Shown piece after piece: positions 60,256-64,000 of a stretch of DNA of 64,000 nt. The stretch is from contig JAWBBK010000001.1 of the NCBI GenBank assembly GCA_038824665.1, positions 320,001 through 384,000 of the forward strand. The letters are read 5' to 3'. The notes below the pieces were generated by a model, which was given only the letters and a program-made list of their open reading frames with translations, did not search any database and was not told where the DNA came from. How positions within the stretch are numbered: position 1 is the stretch's first letter; every line of letters begins with the position of its first letter. A program made the position numbers and the translations under genes. The DNA comes from Acidilobaceae archaeon. GTDB lineage: Archaea > Thermoproteota > Thermoprotei_A > Sulfolobales > Acidilobaceae.

Positions 60256-60372
60256 ATGGACCTCTGGAAGTTGCTGATCGCTGGGATCATAGCTGTCAGC
60301 TTTGTGACTACATCTCTTCTCGTTACTACTTATTTCAGAAGCAGAACTGAAATCTGTAGAGAAGACAGCTGA
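60256..60372 (+). CDS. Small single-TM protein (38 aa)
   Basis: MDLWKLLIAGIIAVSFVTTSLLVTTYFRSRTEICREDS; SD AGGGAG right after the S2P stop; below the track cutoff. Confidence 0.55.
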   Translation: MDLWKLLIAGIIAVSFVTTSLLVTTYFRSRTEICREDS

Positions 60373-60470
60373 AGCATAATGTGTCAGTAGACTCTCTAGC
60401 TTTCATGTATACTTTTTGTTGAGTCAAGATATTTTAGGTTGTTTGAAGAGAGAAGCTTGAGGCGAAACCG

Positions 60471-61001
60471 ATGCTAGTAGGCGTTATAAGCGACACTCAC
60501 GATAACCAATTCAACGTGCTCAAAGCTGCGAGGAAGTTTCGAGAACACGGAGTACAGCTTGTAATTCATCTAGGCGATATAGTGGCCCCCTTTACATTGG
60601 TTACCTTAGCGAAAGAGCTAGAAGGAGTCAAGATAGAAGCCGTTTTCGGGAACAACGATGGCGAAAAGAGGCTACTAGTTCAAAAAGCCAACGAGTTAAA
60701 AATCAATATAGACGAACCTCGTAGCATTGTGATCAACAACAAAAAGCTGTTTCTTCTCCACGGCATAGGCACTTTTGATACCACCCAAGAGGTCGTAAAC
60801 GCTTTAGCTGAGTCTCGAAAGTGGGACGCAATCCTCTATGGACACACTCATGAGCCAAGAGTAGAGTATATCAACGGAGTTCTTGTGCTCAATCCTGGAG
60901 ACGCAAGCGGTTATTTGAGCTACTTAACTAAAGCCAAGCCGAGCATAGCTCTTCTCGATGTAGAAGTCATGAAAGCGAGGATAGTAAATCTTGAAGATTA
61001 A
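60471..61001 (+). CDS. YfcE/MJ0936-family metallophosphoesterase
   Basis: SDTH, HLGD, GNND, GHTH and NPG motifs. Confidence 0.93.
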   Translation: MLVGVISDTHDNQFNVLKAARKFREHGVQLVIHLGDIVAPFTLVTLAKELEGVKIEAVFGNNDGEKRLLVQKANELKINIDEPRSIVINNKKLFLLHGIGTFDTTQEVVNALAESRKWDAILYGHTHEPRVEYINGVLVLNPGDASGYLSYLTKAKPSIALLDVEVMKARIVNLED

Positions 61002-61374
61002 GCTAGGACCTCTTACAAAAGTGTTGACGGCTTTAGCTAAAGGAGAAGTAGAGGCTGTAGGGTTTCTCTTAGGTCAGAAAAGAGAAGGAGAGATAGTCTG
61101 TAACTCTCTGTTTAGAGCAGAAAACAAACTCAAGGCTAGAGACCTCTTTGAGATCGAGCCGTGGCATGTGGTACAGGCTTATGTAGCGGCTGAAGCTTAC
61201 GGTCTTGAGGTGGTCGCGCTGTTCCATACACACACGTTCTGTCCTCCTCTACCTAGTCCTTTAGACGTTAAGGGAATGAGTAAGTGGCCTCTTCCATGGA
61301 TTATAGCGTGTCCACAAGAAGTACGAGCTTGGATCGTTAGGAATGGACAAGTTGAAGAGGTCTTCGTAGACTAA
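60991..61374 (+). CDS. JAMM/MPN+ metalloprotease
   Basis: EAVGFLLG and HTH.....PS..D motifs. Confidence 0.9.
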   Translation: MKIKLGPLTKVLTALAKGEVEAVGFLLGQKREGEIVCNSLFRAENKLKARDLFEIEPWHVVQAYVAAEAYGLEVVALFHTHTFCPPLPSPLDVKGMSKWPLPWIIACPQEVRAWIVRNGQVEEVFVD

Positions 61375-62042
61375 ACGGCTTCTAGCTCTATAGCTTCTAT
61401 GAGGTTAGGTAGCTCAGACAGACTATTAATGAAGTAGCGAGCTATCCCCTTCAACTCTTCTCTAGCTTTAAGACCGTATCCAACAGGATACCCTACTATC
61501 CTCATAGCTGGAGCGTCCCAGATGCTGTCTCCAATGAACATAGTCTCGGAAAGGCTGACGTTTAGATGAGAGGCTATTCTTTTAACTGCGTCGTCCTTCC
61601 AGACGCCGACTATAGGAATACCTCCCGGTACTAAGTAGCCCTCTTTATCGAAGGAGAGCTTGTTAGCTAGCCAGTAGTCAGCTTCAACTACTTGCGCTAC
61701 TCTCTCAACCCAGAGGTCTACTCCGCCGCTTACGAGAGCAGTCTTCAAGTTCTTTTTCTTCAGCCAATCAAAAACAGGTCTTGCCGCAGAGTCGATCTCG
61801 ATATGAGAGAAGACTTCTAAGAGTTCGCTCTTGTGGAGCCTCCCTCCTCTGGCTTCGATCCATAATCTCGTGTCTAACTCCATCCACTTAGCATAAGATA
61901 TCTTGTTTTCAAGAAAGAGCTTGAAGTTCTCTTTAGCTTTATTTGAGACACCCAAAACTTCGTGTACGAAGCCCCAGCTGTTTCTAACACTAGTCAGAAC
62001 TCCGTCTACGTCAAAGATCACCAGCTTTAGCTTAGAACCCAC
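61371..62042 (-). CDS. HAD-IB phosphatase (phosphoserine phosphatase-like)
   Basis: FDVDGVL, VSGG and IGDSIWD motifs; start trimmed to GTG at 62042. Confidence 0.88.
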   Translation of the reverse strand: MGSKLKLVIFDVDGVLTSVRNSWGFVHEVLGVSNKAKENFKLFLENKISYAKWMELDTRLWIEARGGRLHKSELLEVFSHIEIDSAARPVFDWLKKKNLKTALVSGGVDLWVERVAQVVEADYWLANKLSFDKEGYLVPGGIPIVGVWKDDAVKRIASHLNVSLSETMFIGDSIWDAPAMRIVGYPVGYGLKAREELKGIARYFINSLSELPNLIEAIELEAV

Positions 62043-62171
62043 TTTACACACCTTTAGCTTATGGCCGTTCAAACCTATATCTTTATCTCGAAATAGCTTT
62101 CTAACTAGAATACCAATTAAAATATATAAGTTTTCGAAATGCAACTATCTTAGTGTGCGAGGCGATAAGAT

Positions 62172-62876
62172 ATGCCAATAAGCGTCCCTAGCATAGGAGA
62201 GAAGTTCCCTCAAATGGTTGTAGAGACTTCCCACGGAGTTAAAGTGTTACCTGACGACTATGCTGGCAAGTGGTTTATACTCTTCACACATCCTGCAGAC
62301 TTCACCCCTGTGTGTACTACAGAGTTCGTGTCTTTCGCTCTTTACTACGACGAGTTCAAGAAGCTAAACACAGAGTTAATAGGACTTAGCGTTGACCAGT
62401 CGTTCTCTCACATCAAGTGGGTCGAGTGGATAGAGAGCACGCTAAAAGTCAAGCTACCGTTCCCTATAATAGCTGACCCTGCTGGCAAGATCTCCCAAAC
62501 CTTAGGGCTTCTCCACGCTCAGAGTGGGACCAAGACCGTAAGAGCAGTGTTCATTGTAGACCCTAACGGCGTTATCAGAGCTATACTCTACTACCCGCTA
62601 GAGCTAGGTAGAAACATTAAAGAAATAGTCAGAATGGTGAAAGCTCTACAGGTCAGCGACAAGCTAGGAAGAGCCATGCCTGCCAACTGGCCTGAGAACG
62701 AGATCATAGGGGAGAAAGTAATAGTGCCTCCACCTGCAACAGTACAAGAAGCTAAAGAGAGACTGAAGCAGTTCAAGTGTTTCGATTGGTGGTTCTGTTA
62801 CGATGAAAAAGTAGATGAGTCAGACGTCAAAGAAGTCAAAGAAATCATAGCTTCTAAGAAAGCTGTCCGAGTGTAG
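62172..62876 (+). CDS. Peroxiredoxin (archaeal Prx6/AhpC type)
   Basis: [18 protein letters not shown] and C.DWWFC motifs. Confidence 0.96.
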   Translation: MPISVPSIGEKFPQMVVETSHGVKVLPDDYAGKWFILFTHPADFTPVCTTEFVSFALYYDEFKKLNTELIGLSVDQSFSHIKWVEWIESTLKVKLPFPIIADPAGKISQTLGLLHAQSGTKTVRAVFIVDPNGVIRAILYYPLELGRNIKEIVRMVKALQVSDKLGRAMPANWPENEIIGEKVIVPPPATVQEAKERLKQFKCFDWWFCYDEKVDESDVKEVKEIIASKKAVRV

Positions 62877-62939
62877 ACGTGGAGACAGCTAGAAAAGTCT
62901 CACTTACTCTCTTTTTTCTCTGTTTTGTTTTGTTCTCGT

Positions 62940-63617
62940 TTATTTCGTTCTTACCTCTTCTGCATTTTTACAGAAGACCGAACCTAGTTCTACAGACCTC
63001 TCTTTACAGAAAAGCTCTATTAGATAAAGGCTGTGCTTCTCTAAAGCTTCAATGACCTTATCTCCTTCTTCTGCTAGCTTCTTCCTCACGGCCTCTAAAA
63101 TCGCTCTTTGTTCATCGCTAGTGCATAGAGGAGCACACTCCCTCACTATAGCTTCTACTCTGCCTACGATCCTTTCTTTGTTTCTCCACGAAGAGGTTAA
63201 CCTTAAGAAAGCAGTCACTTGATAGAAGTCGCACGGACTTGCTCTTCTCAGCAGATTAAGTGTCGAAATCTCCTCGTCAAGACACCTTATTAGAGATAGC
63301 GATAGCCTTTCAGGACTTGGCGCTTCTATAGGCATGGAAACGCGCTCATCTATTTCGAGCCGAAGAGATCTTCTCGCAGCACAATCTACCAAATAGGGTA
63401 TCCTTTCTAGATAGAGAGCTAGCACATATACACATAGGCTCTCTTCTCCTTTTTTCAGTTTTTTTAAAATCTCATGGGCTAACTTAATGAGGTCCTTGCA
63501 GTGAACTCCTCTCTTTGTTCTTCTAGCTTTTTTCAACTTATCAACTATATCTGAATCTAAATCCGATTGTCCACACACTGTTGCTACTAACTCTGTGATA
63601 AGCTTAGATGAGAGCAT
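62940..63617 (-). CDS. Hypothetical helical protein
   Basis: 225-aa ORF with typical composition; no recognised motif. Confidence 0.65.
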   Translation of the reverse strand: MLSSKLITELVATVCGQSDLDSDIVDKLKKARRTKRGVHCKDLIKLAHEILKKLKKGEESLCVYVLALYLERIPYLVDCAARRSLRLEIDERVSMPIEAPSPERLSLSLIRCLDEEISTLNLLRRASPCDFYQVTAFLRLTSSWRNKERIVGRVEAIVRECAPLCTSDEQRAILEAVRKKLAEEGDKVIEALEKHSLYLIELFCKERSVELGSVFCKNAEEVRTK

Positions 63618-63697
63618 ACTCTATCGTCTCTCGTTTTTTAAATGTGCTAAGCCTAATTGAGTCTCTGCTAGTACGCTATTATGTAGGAGAATCAGAA

Positions 63698-64000
63698 GTG
63701 AGCGAAGTAGAGAGACTTCTAGAGGAATTAGCGACCAGGTATGGAGGAAGAGTAGCGTTTAAGTACTCAGAGGAGAGCAGAGAGCCCGAGCCGGGTCCTT
63801 TCGTCAGAGAGTTGGGGATCGATGAGAGATTAGCTGAAGTCCTAGAGTCAAGAGGTATAAAACGCTTCTATAAGTTTCAAGCTGAAGCCTCAAAGCTGAT
63901 AATGGAAGGCAGAGACGTAACGATAGTAGCTGGCACCGGAACAGGAAAGACAGAAGCGTTTCTCATTCCTATTCTTAACAAAGCGTTAAAGAGCGACCAA
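63698..64000 (+). CDS. DEAD/DEAH-box helicase, 5' part (runs off window)
   Basis: Manual translation from GTG at 63698: GIKRFYKFQ (Q motif) and AGTGTGKTEAFL (Walker A). Confidence 0.9.
   Translation, partial: MSEVERLLEELATRYGGRVAFKYSEESREPEPGPFVRELGIDERLAEVLESRGIKRFYKFQAEASKLIMEGRDVTIVAGTGTGKTEAFLIPILNKALKSDQ

Noticed and set aside
60380-60420. Half C/D pattern on the minus strand (ATGAAAG..CTGA)
   Set aside because: Only one degenerate box pair, expected by chance
224-62776. Many 60-160 aa ORFs antisense to or nested in annotated genes (e.g. 224-592, 7095-7487, 15239-15688, 59486-59965)
   Set aside because: Shadow frames of well-supported genes, Ser/Thr/Ala-rich, with no motifs or ribosome-binding sites

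Overview
Archaeal chromosomal housekeeping region, probably from a thermophilic Thermoproteota (Desulfurococcales/Acidilobales-like; inferred from gene content, TATA/BRE promoters and frequent TTG/GTG starts). It carries a his operon (hisG-D-C-B-A), a complete tkt-tyrA-aro operon, purA, an 11-subunit complex I-like nuo operon, ABC and ECF transporters, wyosine tRNA-modification genes, a CydAA'-type bd oxidase, class III ribonucleotide reductase, TIP49, a site-2 protease, a JAMM protease and a peroxiredoxin. I found no CRISPR array, rRNA, tRNA or intact mobile element. Features missed by the ORF track: (1) a ~130-nt three-hairpin his-operon leader with a tiny His-ending uORF and a possible SD-sequestering switch; (2) about seven conserved genes whose N-termini have no in-frame ATG/GTG/TTG and appear to start at CTG/ATT/ATC; (3) four to five box C/D sRNA candidates; (4) several single-base frameshifts in homopolymers, probably partly assembly errors; (5) an in-frame AT-rich insertion in nuoL; (6) an HhH-GPD glycosylase-like protein with two Fe-S-type Cys motifs. 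All calls are from reading the sequence by eye; no database search was run.
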